This document shows positions 63,766 through 64,000 of a stretch of DNA of 64,000 bases, one piece after another. Origin of the DNA: Malacoraja senta (taxonomy: Eukaryota); the NCBI GenBank assembly GCA_038087875.1, contig CM075977.1, positions 114,142,001 to 114,206,000 on the forward strand, read 5' to 3'. The notes below the pieces were generated by a model, which saw only the letters and a list, made by a program, of their open reading frames with translations, was not told the DNA's origin and ran no database searches. Positions within the stretch are counted from its first letter, which is position 1; the number at the start of each line of letters is the position of its first letter. Made by a program: the position numbers and the translations under genes.

Positions 63766-64000
63766 CTTTCATTTATTCTTTTACTCTATATTAAATTTCT
63801 CTTACGATTCAAAAATCATTTCTCCGCAAGCACTGTTTATGGTGGACATTCTCTTGTTTGACCTGCGTTTGTGACTTGGCAACAAATGTACACAGGCTAC
63901 CTGATGGCAAAGGTACTGGGTGATACTGATTTCATCATCTGATTTTCAGTAGGTCATTGAATAGTGATCCCCTGTCAATGTTTTCTCTTTAATCTATGAT

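Overview
This is a repeat-dominated, intronic or intergenic window from a vertebrate genome, most likely a cartilaginous fish (skate or ray; inferred from HE1-like V-SINEs, the abundant CR1 subfamilies and DeuSINE relics). I recognise no intact host gene. Nearly all ORFs in the track are transposon fragments, antisense shadows of them, or simple-repeat artefacts. Contents: (1) a decayed Ty3/Gypsy internal region at about 310-3825; (2) many CR1 LINEs, including a long copy with an ORF1 esterase remnant at about 14.6-18.1 kb; (3) L2, Rex1/Babar, RTE and L1 fragments; (4) more than ten Penelope-like (PLE) pieces, many with a hammerhead-ribozyme-like core and some fold-back palindromic; (5) three PIF/Harbinger-type MITEs; (6) a small MITE carrying (CCCTAA)n; (7) a G-rich composite repeat; (8) a 220-N assembly gap; (9) two end-to-end DIRS1-type tyrosine-recombinase retrotransposons in tandem (53637-58350 and 58456-63765). 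The strongest leads are these. The DIRS termini and ICRs match perfectly and co-vary by element despite ruined ORFs. The DIRS 5' leader contains an apparent spliceosomal intron. One L1 shows a twin-priming inversion. One MITE carries telomeric repeats. A short hammerhead-bearing PLE unit may transpose on its own. None of these proves a new biological system. Coordinates of old repeats are approximate.
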